NCBI GenBank assembly: GCA_026936335.1
Contig: JAPMXV010000057.1
Location: 124,001-188,000 of the forward strand
Direction: 5' to 3'
Length of the DNA stretch: 64,000 nt
From: Mantamonas sphyraenae STR306
Lineage: Eukaryota > Protista > CRuMs
Part shown: piece by piece, positions 46,767 through 59,433 of the stretch
Layout: each line of letters begins with the position of its first letter
How positions within the stretch are numbered: the first letter of the stretch is position 1
Notes under the pieces: model-generated
Databases searched by the model: none
Told to the model about the DNA's origin: nothing
The model's input: only the letters and a program-made list of their open reading frames with translations
Program-made: the position numbers and the translations under genes

Positions 46767-49700
46767 TCACCCCAGCTCCACCGCTTCCACGTGCACGGCC
46801 TTGTGCAACGAAAACAGCTCCAGCGGCGCTCCAAATCGGTTGCTGGCCGCCTTGAGCCTGGCCACCGTTTGGGAACGCATACGTTGCGCTTGTTGGTGCT
46901 GTTGCTTCCCGTCCGTGTCGCCGTGTGCGTGTGGCCCTGCGCCATCCTCGCGCAGCTCGGCGAAAAACTCAAACTTAAAGGTGCCTGGGCGCAGGAAGCA
47001 CAGCTGGACCTGATGCACATGCTTCTGCCCTGAAGCCAAAACGGGCAGTTGGATCTGGTTGAGAGATCCCACCCACACCATGCGGTGTGTCATGTCCAAC
47101 GACCGCGTGCTGTCCCTTCCGTCGTCCTGGTACGGTACCACAGTGAGGTTGAGTGCCATGTCGCCGTGCGAATGGTTGTGCACACTCACATTCAGCGTCT
47201 GGAAGCGTTTTGTGGCGTAGTAACGTGCCCCGCCACCGCTGGCGTCGCCGTCATGGACGCTGTATGGAAGATGCAGGTCGCTGTTGGCCTTGTCAGCCAA
47301 CTGCTGTGCTGTCATGCCATTCAAGCGCACGCCAATGCTCACGGCCTCGGGTTTGAGAAGCTTCAGGGTGATTGGCATCAGCGAACGCTGCAGGTACAAA
47401 CGACCATTCTGGTTGCAGCTGTTGGTCCAATGGAACTCCACCAACGTCTGCAGGGCTGCGTTGTACCATCGCAGTTCATCAACAACCAATCGTTCCCCGG
47501 GTGTAAAGTCCGGGTGTTCGGTCACCAGGAACTGGCCTTCCGGAATGTACGGATCCGGCATTGCCAGCATGCTCTCCTCCAGCTGGAAGCGACGCATGGG
47601 CAGCGCCACACGCTTCACACTGCTCGGCTCCACGTAGTGTTGCCTTTCATACACATACGGTGCGGCAGGCTGCAGATCCTCACGCACAGCGAATGCAACC
47701 TCAAAGGCCATCTGCGTCACGTTGGTCACCTCAAACACCAGATAGCAGTACGAGTCGTCCTGTGCCTCATCATGACCAGTCGCCTCGTCGTGGCCCACTT
47801 CCGCCTCTACAGCTGCCTCACCATCTCCCGCTTGGCCATTGGCGTTGCCGCTGCTACTGCTGCCGTGCTCGCTGCTGTCGCCCGGCTGTGCGTCCGCTCT
47901 GTGCTGTGAGTGGAAGGCCAACACGTCAAAGTTTGTCAGGCGGATCCCTTGCACAATGTTGAGATTGACGATAAAGTCGTACTGGCGGTAGTATGTGGCG
48001 GTGCTGTGCTGGGAGTACTGGAAAGCCAACCGTGCCTGCAGGCGAGGCATGTTGCCTGCATGCGCACGGATGGTAAAGGGAAACTTGAAGACGGCGTTGG
48101 CTGCAAGGGGCAGGTTGGTGTCGATCCACTCGCTGTCCCACTCAAACTCGCTTTGGCGTGTCTTGTACAGGTAGTGGTTGACCATCTGGAAGGGCTCTGC
48201 CTTTTGGCCCGGATGCAGGCCCATCTCCAGGCTAATGCGCACCTCGTCCACGGGCAGGTCGCCCACATTGCGGATTTCAATGTACGCGTGGTGCACCTCG
48301 CCGTCCAGGAGAGTCAGTTCGCATGCACCCTGGCTTACGGTGTCCGCAAAGAGCAGATGGGGCATGCTGGGCAACACGCGCACCAGCATCGGCTCAAACG
48401 CACTTCCCATCAACGCTATGCGGTCCATGCTCACGGGTTCGCCGTCCGCGTTGACCGGCTGCACCGTGACCATGTTGCAGAAACGCAGCATGCACCCGAC
48501 AATGGTCAAGTTGCCTGCCTCCAGCGCCTTGCCACTGATGCTCACCTCCACGTCCTTGGCATTGGCTTGCAGAAACAGTGACACCGGGAACGATTGGAAG
48601 CGGGCACCCACGGTGCGCAAACTGATCGACTCCACGTCCACAGCCACACTCAACGGATTGGAGATGCGCACACGCACGTGGCTCAGTTCGTTCTGCACCC
48701 ACTCGATGGGTTCTGTTTTCTTCTTGGCTCCGTCCCCCCTGCGGCTGTTTGCAAACGGATCAAACAGAAACACGGACGACGTGCTCGTGTCTGCCGCCCC
48801 CGGCCGCTCTCGCTTCCGCGGCCGCTTGCTCTCCTCCACGGGCACCGGTTGCAACGACTGCACACGCACAATGCTCTGCATGGATGGCTGGTGCAGGGGC
48901 GGCAGGTGCAACGTCAGCGCCTTCAGCTCACGCAGCATGCGGAACTGCGCGTTCGCATCCAGTGTCCCATACAGATGGTTGATGCTGAAGTAAAGGTACC
49001 GCGACGTCATATGCGACTCGTTCAGACTCTTGGCTGCCGTCACCAGGTGGTTCAGCACAGTTCGCTGCAATTCATACCACCCGTGGCTTCCCATCAACTT
49101 GGTTTGCTTCCTCTGCGCGCGTGTCAGTTTCCCATTCGACAAAGCAGATGAGGAGGATGAGGATGATGAGGAGGATGAGGATGACGCATCCTCGTTGGCC
49201 GTCTGCTGATCGCCGCCGCTGCTACCGCCGCTGCTGCCTTGCGGTGCATCGACTGCCCATGTGCTGCTCAGCAGGCGGTCAAAGGTGTCTGTGTCCACCA
49301 ATTTGCGCTCCAGGTTGCCCAGCTGGAAGTAGCGGGACACCAGGAGCATGAGACTCTGGGCTGTGTTCAGGTTGTACTGATCCTGATACAAGAACGCAGT
49401 TTCCAGGATGTGAAAGGCAAACTTGCGGAAGCATTGCATGCGTTCGTAGATGAGCGCCAAGGTGCTACACAAGCGGATGCGGTCGGCCGTGTTGAGGTCG
49501 TTGCCCACACTGTGGGCTTCGCGAAGCAAACGGAAGGCCTCGGTGTAGTCGCCGGCCTCCTCATGCATGCGTGTCAGACGCAGGCACGCCTCTGCCTCCA
49601 GCAACGCCGCGCCTGCCTTGCGGTAGGCTTTGAGCACGTCTGTGTACTTGTCGGCCACCAGCTCGGTGACACTCTCCTGCACCTGTTCGCCCTCGGAGAC

Positions 49701-50771
49701 CACCAGCGCGGTGCACAGGCCCTCCATGGCGCTGGCACACCACACGTTGTCACTATTCGACTTGAGACTGTCCACTGCGTCGGTGTACAGTTCGATGGCC
49801 TTGTCCACGGCGCCGGCCATCAACGCCAAGTCTGCCGCCGCCTTTTTCACGCGTGCAGGCCTTCGTTTGCGCACATTGCGCGACGACGCGTCCGTTTCCT
49901 GCTCCACAAGTGGACATTGAAGGATGGCCACGTCGCTCATTCCACTGTTGATCTGCGTTTCCCAGTTGTGCAGCAACGACGCCACAAAGTCCGTCAGCAG
50001 CGTGCTGATGTAAAACCCCAGATGCACCGCGTCGCCGTTCGGCACCATCACAAAGTTGGGCTGCATAATGTCCTCTTGGTTGCTGCGGGGTTCGAACGCA
50101 TAACAGCGCACCGGCAGTCCTGTGTGTGGAACCAGAGCACAAGTCCCGGAGAGGCAAACACCCAGGCAAACGCAGCTCGTGTCAGCGATTTCCCCTCCTT
50201 GCTTGAAACGGCCTCTCACGCAGCTGCGGCCGCCCCCACGTCCCACGCTTACCCTCTTGAGACTGGTTGGGTGTTAATTGTTTCAGCACACGCCGAAACT
50301 CCTCGTTGGCATCCTTCATGCTCTCGTACTGCGGGCAGTGAACGATGCCGATGGCCTGCGCCGGCGTGGTGGAAACAGCAATGCAAATGAGAACACGCAC
50401 CCGATGTCAGTGTTGTGGGTGTGGGGGGGTGGGAGCGAGTAGGGCATACCAACGAAGGCCAGTCACAGACGGCCACCACCTACCCCTTGGATCTTTGCGT
50501 ACTGCCGCAGTTCGCCCACGTAGGCTGGAGTGACTCCGCTCGGATATTCTACATAGTTGAGTTGCACCACGCCAGAGTCCCACGCCCCCTGGCCAAAAGG
50601 ACTTGCGTTTTGCTGGTCGATGCGAGTCACCGTGGCCAGGCCGATGCGCTTGTGAAGCTGCAACGCTGCGCAGTACTTGCGGAACGTGCTTGCAGGCATG
50701 CGTCCCACGGCAAACACCACCACTTGGGTTTGCGTGGCGTCTGCAAATGTCTCGCCAATGCCCAGTGTCAT
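46767..50771 (-). CDS. TRAPPC9: TRAPP II subunit TRAPPC9/Trs120; 2 introns near the 5' end
   Basis: ARVKKAAADLALMAG..A...Y, DNVWCASAMEG, FRKFAF, WVQNELSHVRVRISNPL, plus C-terminal Ig-like region. Confidence 0.88.
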
Positions 50772-50844
50772 GGAGGGGCGTCGCACAGGTCACGTGCTTT
50801 GTGTGGGGCTTTGTTTGGCGCCGTGTGGGCCAACATTCCACCGG

Positions 50845-50883
<39 letters not shown>
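50845..50883. repeat. (CA)n microsatellite between the divergent TRAPPC9 and HAP40 start codons
   Basis: Read directly. Similar (CA)/(GT) runs occur at ~2848, 4615, 6484, 13710, 16803, 23247, 40719 and 54908. Confidence 0.9.
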
Positions 50884-50885
<2 letters not shown>

Positions 50886-50893
50886 ACACCACG

Positions 50894-51928
50894 ATGAGCG
50901 ATGCCTCCGAGGTACCAGAGGTCATGCAGGAATACCATCGGATCCAGGGCAAGCTGAATCGCAAGGGCCTGGGCAAACGCTTCTTCCGCAAGGCGACGGT
51001 AAACACAGCGAAGGAGGATTTGCAGAGTCTGCACGACGCATTGCGCAAGGAGGGAAACCTGCGCTACACGGCGTTTGTGGCCATGGCGCTGGCGAGATGC
51101 GAACAGAGTGTGCACAACACCACAAAACAGGGCCAGCACCTGGTGGACGCCGGAGACATGTTGCTGGAATGCACGCTGGAAGGCCACCAGTTGAGTGAGT
51201 ATGACCTCAGCGACTGTCTGGTGGATGCCGAGGCATGCTACCTGGAAACGGTGGCCATCTGCAGGGAAAAGAACCGTGATGAGATGGCTGCCATCCTTTT
51301 GCAGGAGCTGGGCAACGTCATGCGCATCCTGGACATTCTCGACAATGCCGCACACTATTACCAAGAGGCAGCAGCGGCCCACCTCAAGCAGGGGGCACAC
51401 ACCAGCGCTCTGCTGTGTCTGGAAAGCGCAGCCGAGGTGTTTTTGCAGCAGAAGGACCTCAACAGTGTGCAGGACGTGTACGAACACATGGTCGGCCTGT
51501 CAACCAAGATGAAGAACAAGTTTTCGCAACAAATCCAGGCTGGTGACGAGCTGGACGCGGGTCACGACAGCGCATACGATGCCTCCGCCGCCTCTACCAT
51601 GGGTCTGAGTTCCATGGCGCCGTCCCTCAAGACACCCTCGAGTGTGTATGAGAGCCTTTCGCTGCGTTTGCGCCTCTCTCTGTTTCTGTGCCACGTGCAG
51701 ACGGGCGAGTTTGACAAGAGCAAGAATCAGCTGCTCGAGCTGGTCGAGCTCGCGTTCACAGGCACCGATCTTCACTCCAACGCCCTTCTGGACCTGTTGG
51801 GGTCGCTTCAAGTGGCTTGCGAGCACGACGACAGCGACGACGTGCGAGAGTTGTGCGAATTGTTGAAGGAGCACTGCGACGACCAGCAGCTGAGCATTGT
51901 GGACGAGATTCTGCGTGTTCGGTTGTGA
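50894..51928 (+). CDS. F8A1: 40-kDa huntingtin-associated protein (HAP40/F8A)-like TPR protein, intronless
   Basis: EYHRIQGKL...KRFFRKATVNTAKEDLQSL...LRYTAFVAMALARCEQ resembles the HAP40 N-terminus (Y..V..KL.KRFLRKPNV.EA...YAA.C.LA.ARCQQ), followed by SNAP/TPR-like helices. Confidence 0.78.
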   Translation: MSDASEVPEVMQEYHRIQGKLNRKGLGKRFFRKATVNTAKEDLQSLHDALRKEGNLRYTAFVAMALARCEQSVHNTTKQGQHLVDAGDMLLECTLEGHQLSEYDLSDCLVDAEACYLETVAICREKNRDEMAAILLQELGNVMRILDILDNAAHYYQEAAAAHLKQGAHTSALLCLESAAEVFLQQKDLNSVQDVYEHMVGLSTKMKNKFSQQIQAGDELDAGHDSAYDASAASTMGLSSMAPSLKTPSSVYESLSLRLRLSLFLCHVQTGEFDKSKNQLLELVELAFTGTDLHSNALLDLLGSLQVACEHDDSDDVRELCELLKEHCDDQQLSIVDEILRVRL

Positions 51929-51975
51929 GAGAGACAATGAAAAGCAACCAAAACATGAATGTGGGTGTACTCTTG

Positions 51976-53458
51976 TCACCCATCTGCCTCTTCGTCGTCA
52001 TCCTCTGCTGCGGCCTCGGGGTCAAAGTCGGTGTCGATGACAATCGGGTCGCCGATGTAAATCAGATCGTTGGCATTGTTGCGAAACTGGGGTCTGCGGT
52101 ACTGCAACCCCATGAGGGCAAACAGGTGGCGCTCGCTTTCGACGTGGAGACGGTACAGGACATCGTCCTCGTTGAGGCCAGTTCGCAGCAGCGCGTGTTC
52201 GTTGACGCGAATATTGTTGCGCAACCGGGACCAGTATCGCATTCTTCTGTTCATAGCCTCGCTTCCTGTGAAATATGTGATTGCAGTGGCCCATTCGTGG
52301 CGCGGGATGGATCGCAGGTCGACCCTACGCGCCAGACGTGGCTTGCTTGGCGTGCGTCCCAGACGCTTGTCCTCAGCCTCGAGTGACGCGATGCCGTTGT
52401 ACTTGTCGTTTAGCCTGTGTGTGAGGTGGGCGATCAGAAAGCCGCGCTGCGTGAGCCTGTTGACAATCGGCACCAACACGTCCTGCACCCGCTTGCAGTT
52501 GGCCACGTCGTCGCCCATGTCCTCTTTGGAGGAGATGAGGCAATCGATATCGCCACACGACGTCTTTCCTCGCCGGTAGGAGCCACAAATGGTCACCGTC
52601 AGGCCCGGATCGACCTCGGCGACCACTTGCTCGATGACCATGCGCATCTGCGTCACTTCGTTACGTGGAATACGTTGTTGCAGGTCGTCGTAGTAGCGTA
52701 TGCCCTGCTGCTGGGCATGAGTGAGGTCAGCATGCTCGCGCAGGTCGTCCAGGGTTCGGTAGCCTTTTGCGTACCATTGCTTGCTCTTTACCGGACCCAC
52801 GCCGTAAATGCCACGAAACAGCCGCAAGGTGCTGTTCATCTCGTCCTGTTTGCGCACGCGCAGCTTCTCCAGCTTGCCCGTCTCGATGATCTCGTCGATC
52901 TTTTTCGCCGTTTTGGGCCCCACGCCAGGGAGGGTGGCAGCGACCCCCAGCGTCAGTGGCTTGTCGTACGCACGGATGGCATTGACTGCCTTGCGGTACG
53001 CAATGGCACGCCACTGGTCGTTGTCCATCTGGCCCGCGCCAACCACGTCGCCCAATTCGCCCAGCAACTGGACCACCAGATTGTTTACGTTGCTTGCTTG
53101 CGCCTGAGACTCTTCTTCCTCCACCTGCGCCTCCTCTTGCTGCTCCTGTGCCTCCTCCTCTGTGCCCTTGGCGTGGTATGTGCGCTTGGTAGGTTGTTGC
53201 CCCGCTCCACGTCGCTCTGCCTCGGATGCATGTCGATCCAGCAGCTCGTCCAGCAGTGGATGCGAGTCGTACTCGTCCAGAGGCGGGGCGGCAGGCTGCA
53301 GGTGAGCCAGAGGCACCGGGTCGTGGCGCGTCAGCTCAGCGGGCATCGGCGACAACGACCACGAAGCGTGCATAAAGTCAAAAAAACTTGATTTGGTCGT
53401 TGGAGGCCATCACCTGCATGTCTTCAGCCAATCCTGTGTCGTTTGCTGTGTCTTCTGA

Positions 53459-53494
<36 letters not shown>

Positions 53495-54016
53495 ACGGGC
53501 TGCAGCCGACCTGCGCCGGGTTCCTGACAACGCCTCGACGGCTGCCGGGAGCCTCATCTTGCGCACCACACAACGCGTGAGCCACTCCAGTGTGTGGAAC
53601 TCCACCTGCTCTGGCTGTTTGCGCATCCATTCGGGCAGATGAGTGCGCAGCTCGTCAAACGAGCGTAGCGTGGTGAGGACGACAAGCGGCGACTGCTCCA
53701 CCGGTGCAGACACGTCGTCCACCAGCTCGCCGCCATGCTTGAGCACAATATTGCGACGCAGTTGTTCTTCTGTGTGTGACAGTGACACACGCACCACGTG
53801 GATGGCCGTCTCATGCAAGAATCCACCGTGGCGTGGTGTCGACGACGAGGCTGCAGACGTCGACGACACAATCTCGTCCGAGACTGAGCCCACCCCACCG
53901 CCTGCACCTGCGTCGCCCTGCACATCGACTGCCCCAACCCGCTGTCGTTTGTGTTGGCCCTCGTTGACGTCACGCGTGCGTTTGCGTTTGGCCGCCAGCA
54001 ACGAGTTCCAATCCAT
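51976..54016 (-). CDS. X-family DNA polymerase (lambda-like) with N-terminal BRCT; apparent frameshift at 53380-53386
   Basis: BRCT-like IVLKHGGELV..HTLEWLTRCV; WRAIAYRKAVNAI, LPGVGPK, GIYGVGP, CGSYRRGKTSCGDIDCLI, RRVDL, YFTGS. Confidence 0.9.
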
Positions 54017-54116
54017 TACTGTAGTGTCAACAGCGCTCCATTCTCCACTCTATGCTTCCCCCCTTTCCCCCACCACCACCTCCTCCACGCACTGTTGGTC
54101 GTGTCCCGTGGACCAG

Positions 54117-55385
54117 TTACAACAAGAGCTCCAGGTCGTTGTCCAGGGGCTTGAAATATTCGTCCACCATCGCCGGGGTGATCTGTGCCAGGTCGTCCGG
54201 CTGCCATTGCGGTTTGTTGTCGCGGTCGACGAGGACAGAGCGTACGCCCTCGAAAAAGTCTTCACCCTGCATGCAGCGCTGGGACATGCGATACTCCATA
54301 ACAAAGCAATCTGCAAAGGACTTGGTGGCGCCTTCCTGCAGCTGACGGTGCGTGATCTTCATGGAGATGGGCGACATGGTGAGCATGCGATCGGCGGTGC
54401 GGTTGGCCCATTCGGAGCCATTGGTGCGCAGACGCTCCAGGATCTCCTCGACCGAATCGGCCGTGAAGCATTCCTGGATCAACGGCAACTTGTCCTGCAG
54501 CGAGAACGCAGGCACCTCGCCCTGCATTTCCAGCACGGCGTTGCGCACTCCGTCCAGATCAGCGTGGTCCAATTCGCCCAGGCGTTGTTCCAGGTGGCCG
54601 ATGCGAGCGTGCGGCACAAAGTGCGTGGCGATTCCTGCGTGCACCGTGTCCGTGGCTTTGAGTCGGTCGCCCGTCAAGCCAAGGTACATGCCCAGGCCCG
54701 GATGTGCCAGTCGACTCAGCAGGTAGCTGCCTCCCACGTCCGGAAACAGTCCAATGGCCGTCTCTGGGAAGCTGAACACCGTGTTTTCCGTGCACACACG
54801 CACCTGTCCGTGCACAGACAATCCCACACCGCCTCCCACTGTGTGCCCATCACACCGTTCCATTGTTCCATTGTATGCGAGTGTGAGTGTGTGCATGTGC
54901 ATGTGCATGTGTGTGTGTGTGTGTGTGCTGGGCTGGCACCCCGTTTCGTTTGCGCGCTACGTACTCGTGATCCCGTCAATCAATGCCACGTGGGGTGTCT
55001 CCAGCGATCCAATCAGATGATCCAGCTGGTATTCCTCGCGGAAAAAGTCCTGGGCAATGGTGTCTTTGCCGGCGTTGGGTCCCTTGACTGCGTCGTAGAT
55101 GGCTCGAATGTCGCCGCCTGCACAGAACGCCTTGCCTCCGGCCCCCTTGAGGACAATGACCTTGACGTGCGGGTTGGCTTCCAGCTCTTGGTACAGGGGC
55201 AGCATGGTGCGGATCATGGGCAGGTTGAGGGCGTTGAGGGCGCGCGGACGGTTGAGCACCACCGACACACAGTTGGTGTCCCTCTCCACAAGCACCTCGG
55301 GCTCTGCGGTGCTCATCGAGCGCAGTCCGCCAAGCTGCATGGCGTTGACACTGCCTCGCACACGTGTGGCACTGCGCGTGAACAT
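54117..55385 (-). CDS. HIBCH: 3-hydroxyisobutyryl-CoA hydrolase, mitochondrial; 1 intron
   Basis: LNRPRALNALN, AFCAGGDIR, FFREEYQLD, FPETAIGLFPDVGGS, FFEGVRSVLVDRDNKPQW. Confidence 0.95.
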
Positions 55386-55452
55386 GGGCTACTGGGATTC
55401 CTGCCTGCGCCTGCGCGGCCACTCATCCCGCTCACCGCTTTCCCCTCATGCC

Positions 55453-56657
55453 ATGGCCGCTGACGACGAGCTGAGCCACGCACAGCGTCTCGAACAACGC
55501 AAACAACGCCTGCGGGACATGTACGCGCAGCAGTGGTGGTTTGGTGAGTGTGGCACTCACCAAAAGCGGTCGCCGCTTCTCTGAAAGCCCTGGCTTCGGT
55601 CCGCTGACGCGCCGCGCATGCAGAACGCATGTTTGACCAGCTCAGCTGCCCCATGCTGCTAGGCATCCTTCTCCTCGTCGCTGCTCTGGGTGCCGCCACA
55701 GCCCTCCTTGCCGAGGGCAAGCTTGGTGCCGTGCTGGGTCTCGAGCTGCCTCCCGTGGAGCTGAAAGTGGCCATCCTGTTTGCCGATCGCAGCCAGGACG
55801 AGTTTGCGGCCGCCGGCCGCCTTCGCACACACATCCGCACCGCCTTTCGCGCCTACAAACTCTCCTTGGGTCAACGCAGACGTGCCACCATGCTTGTGGA
55901 CTTGCTCCATGCCCAAGGGCGTGAGGACGGGCCCGCGCTAGCCAAACGCCTTTCCCGCTACTCCCTCGTCGTCCTCCTCCACACAGGCTTTGCCTTTGCC
56001 GACGGCGACGCGGTCGCCCAGGCACTCACCTCGTATCTGGACACCCGTGGAGGACATGTTGTCTTTACAGGCAACACCCTCGCCGAGCAACACCTGCTGT
56101 GCGACGAACCCGTCGATTGCGAGCCGCTGCAACGGCTCCTCCCGGCTTCCGGTTGGGCTCCCACTCTCCTCGACGGTCCCTCGGCCCTGGCGGTGGACCA
56201 ACCCGACCATCCGTTGCTGCACAACGTGTCGCTGCCTTCTACACAGTGTACACAGTGTGCACGCGTCATCCTCACCGCCAAACCGTCCGCTGCAGTGCTT
56301 GCACGCTGGTCCGATGGCAACCTGCCCCTCCTTCTCGTCTCTTCCTCCTCCGACGTCGTTGCCCTCAACCTTGATCCCCTCGAGCAGAGTGTGCAGACAC
56401 GTGCTGCGCAGTTGTTGTTTAACGCTGCGCTGCAGAGTGTGGGCATTGCACCCGCCGCATGGTACGTTGTACAGCTGTGTGGATCTGATTGCTATCCGCA
56501 CTGCTTGCACCTGCGTTCCCCAAAAACCGAGATATACTCAGCGCCCTGGGAGCAGCTGCCGTACACGGTCGCTGCACTGATCTTGGCGTCCCTTTTTTTA
56601 TCACTTTCACTCGGGAGATTGATTCCGGCAAACGGACCCGTACGCGGGTCGCCATGA
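55453..56657 (+). CDS. Membrane protein with a class I glutamine amidotransferase/ThuA-like soluble domain; intron ~55544-55623; may extend to 56725
   Basis: In-phase splice F G|AA R M F. Hydrophobic helix, then ...LTSYLDTRGGHVV..DHPLLHNV..VLARWSDG.PL..VVALNL, then a C-terminal hydrophobic helix. Confidence 0.55.
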
Positions 56658-57505
56658 CTTTCCTTTTACTGCTTCTTCCCACTGCGTTTGAGGTATATAT
56701 TGGCGAGACAGCTCACCTCGTGTGATTATCCACGCACTGCAGAAGGACAGATTGCCCGCCCGCCGGGGGAAGGAAGAAGCTGCAGCACTGGAAGACACGA
56801 ACGGCCATGGTGAGTGCGTGCACATGCGCCAGCCCACCCAGCCACCGAGGGGAATAATTAAACGGGCTGTGTTGCCAAGCCATGCCGCAGCCTGGTCGAC
56901 CTCCTCGCAGAGAATCCTGCCAATGGCCGATGGACGTCCTGTCCTCGCCAAGGACCACAGGGCAGTGTGTCCAGGATGGCTGACCCACGCCGATGTTCCA
57001 TCAGGCGTTCCATTCCACTCACTCCGTTCTCTGCACATGCTCAACAGTGCGATCAGCCCACACGAAAAAGGTCAGTGGATTCCTGTGTTTCTTTGCGAAG
57101 CCGTTCTGTTCTGTGCATGCATGGGCCGCCAAGAAAGAGATTTCCAAGACGCTCGCAGGCGTGATTTCCTGCACTTGTGTCCATGGATCCTCCCTTCCAA
57201 GACGCCCTAGAGCAGTGGGGACTGCCAACGCCCATGCCTCGAAGCGGTGCTTGCATCGCAACGAGTGCCGGCCAGGCAATTCCATGTCCCCGCCATTTGC
57301 TACTTGGTGCCTTCGCAAGCACTTGTTGCTGATTTCTCACCGAAGCTCACTCTCGCCGCATTTGGCACATCCTTTTGCGCAGATCCTACAGATTTCTGGT
57401 CCCTGGAATGCCCGCTGCTGACTCGTCCGATGCCCCAATGCACTCAGATTTCCAATTTTCAGTTTCCACTTCATTCCCCAGTCTCCATCATTGTCTCTAT
57501 CATCA

Positions 57506-59401
57506 TCATCTGCTCCCTCGCTCAAGTTGGTCAAATCTGCGCGACGCCTCCTCCAACTTGGCATCCAGCGCACGCGTTGCTCTTCGGTTCTTCTCGAAAT
57601 CCTCCTTCAGCTGCTGCAGCTCTGCGTTCATCACGTTATTGTTGTTGCTGTTGCTACTTCCACCGCTGCTGCTGTTGCCTCCACCCGACCGCCCGCCGCG
57701 GCTGCTGCTGCTGCTGCTGTTGTACTTGCTGTTGTGGCCTCCTCCTCGCTTCCCTCCACCGCCTCCGCCTCCGCCGCCGCCACCCCCGCCTCGCGCATAC
57801 TTGCCGTTGCTTGTGTTCCTGCCATAGTCCCGTCGCCCGCCACTGCGTGGTCCTCCTTGATACCTTCCGCCGCTGCCCCCGCTTCCTCCTGCGTTGCGTC
57901 CGCTTCCGCTTCCGCCTCCGCCTCCTCCCACACCTCCGTGGCCGTGTCTCCTGTTGTTGGTGTTGTTGCCGCCGGTGTTGTTGCTGTGGCCCCTGCTATC
58001 CCCTCGCGAGCCGCCTCCCTTGCCACCACGGTATCCACTCTTGTATCCACCGCCCCTGTGTTGCCTTGTGTCTTGGCTCCTCCCTCGCTTCTGCGGCGAC
58101 GTCCGCTCCTGACGTTCGCTCGACTTGCCCACCACGCGCCTGTGTTCGCTTCCGTCTTCCGATCCTTCCGACTCGTCCTCCGTGCCTTCCCTCTGCCTGC
58201 GTGTCTTGTCAAGACGACGTCCACGCTTGTCCTCTCCTTGCGAGCGCGTCTCGTCCTCGTCCTCGTCATCCTCATCCTCATCCTCATCGTCATCCTCGTC
58301 ATCATCCTCGTCCACCTCACTTTCATGTGTCTTGGCCATCACGTGACTTTGCATCCTCTGTGCATGTGCCTGAGCCTGGGCGTGCACCGCCTGCTCCATG
58401 TTATGCACGGCTTGCGCCTGCGCCTGCAGTTGTGCCTGCATCTGGTGCTGCGCCTGCACTGCCTGCATTTGCGCAACCTGCATCGCCTGTGTTTCTTCGT
58501 TCACCGCCAAACCACCACCTCCACCCCACGTGTTCCCCTGCACAAACATCATTGGGAACGACATGTACGACTGAAACTCGCCCCCACCCCCAACACCACC
58601 ACCACCACCGCCGGCCCCGGCCCCTCCAAACACATCCTCGCCATCATTGCTGCTACCCCATCCGTGCATGCCTCCTCTGTGCGTGCCCGTGCTCTGGCTG
58701 CCCTCCTCGCTCGCCAGCCCATGCACGGGTGCCATGCCAACAAACGCCGCTGCCCCTCCTGCGCCACCGGGCTGTCCATTCTGCTGTTGCCCTTGCGGCA
58801 CTTGTCCAGGAGGCGGGGCAAACAGAGAGCCACCCATCATCCCATACATGGGAGCGAACCCTCCTCCGCCTGACCCTGCCCCGCCTCCACTGCTGCCCCA
58901 CATTCCCCCACCGCTGTACATGCTGTGTCCTTGTGCCGCCTGAGCCGCCTGTGCCTGCTGCACTTGTGCCTGTGCAGCCATCATTTGCTGCTCCCGCTCC
59001 ACCCCGTGCTCTGGCATCCCCAACCCAGCGCCTGGGTTTCCGCCGCCCTCCCCGCTCTGCAGCACCTCGCCCATCGACCCCAGGCCTCCCGAAGCCGCAA
59101 ACGAGATGTTTACGTTGGGCAACAGCGCCTGAAACTGTTGTTGCAGATCGAACCCGCTTGCTGCGCCGCCCTTCGGACCTTCCTCCTCGCCGTGCTGGCC
59201 GTGCGCAAACCCAAATCGCGATCGCTCCTCCTCCGCCGCACGCTCCTTCTGTGTGAGCACGCTCTCTGCCATTCGGTTCACCTCTTCCATCGATCCCAGC
59301 CATCCATGCCTCTGCGACTCTTCCTCTGCACGGCGTTGCTGCTCCCGTCGGTCGGCCTCAGCCTCGCTCGACCGCTCTGCAACCAATGCTTGCACGCGTC
59401 C

Positions 59402-59433
<32 letters not shown>

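Noticed and set aside
4649-51928. Apparent clustering of trafficking genes (WASHC3, VPS33, EXOC1, TRAPPC9, HAP40)
   Set aside because: They are scattered among unrelated genes; enrichment cannot be supported without genome-wide statistics.
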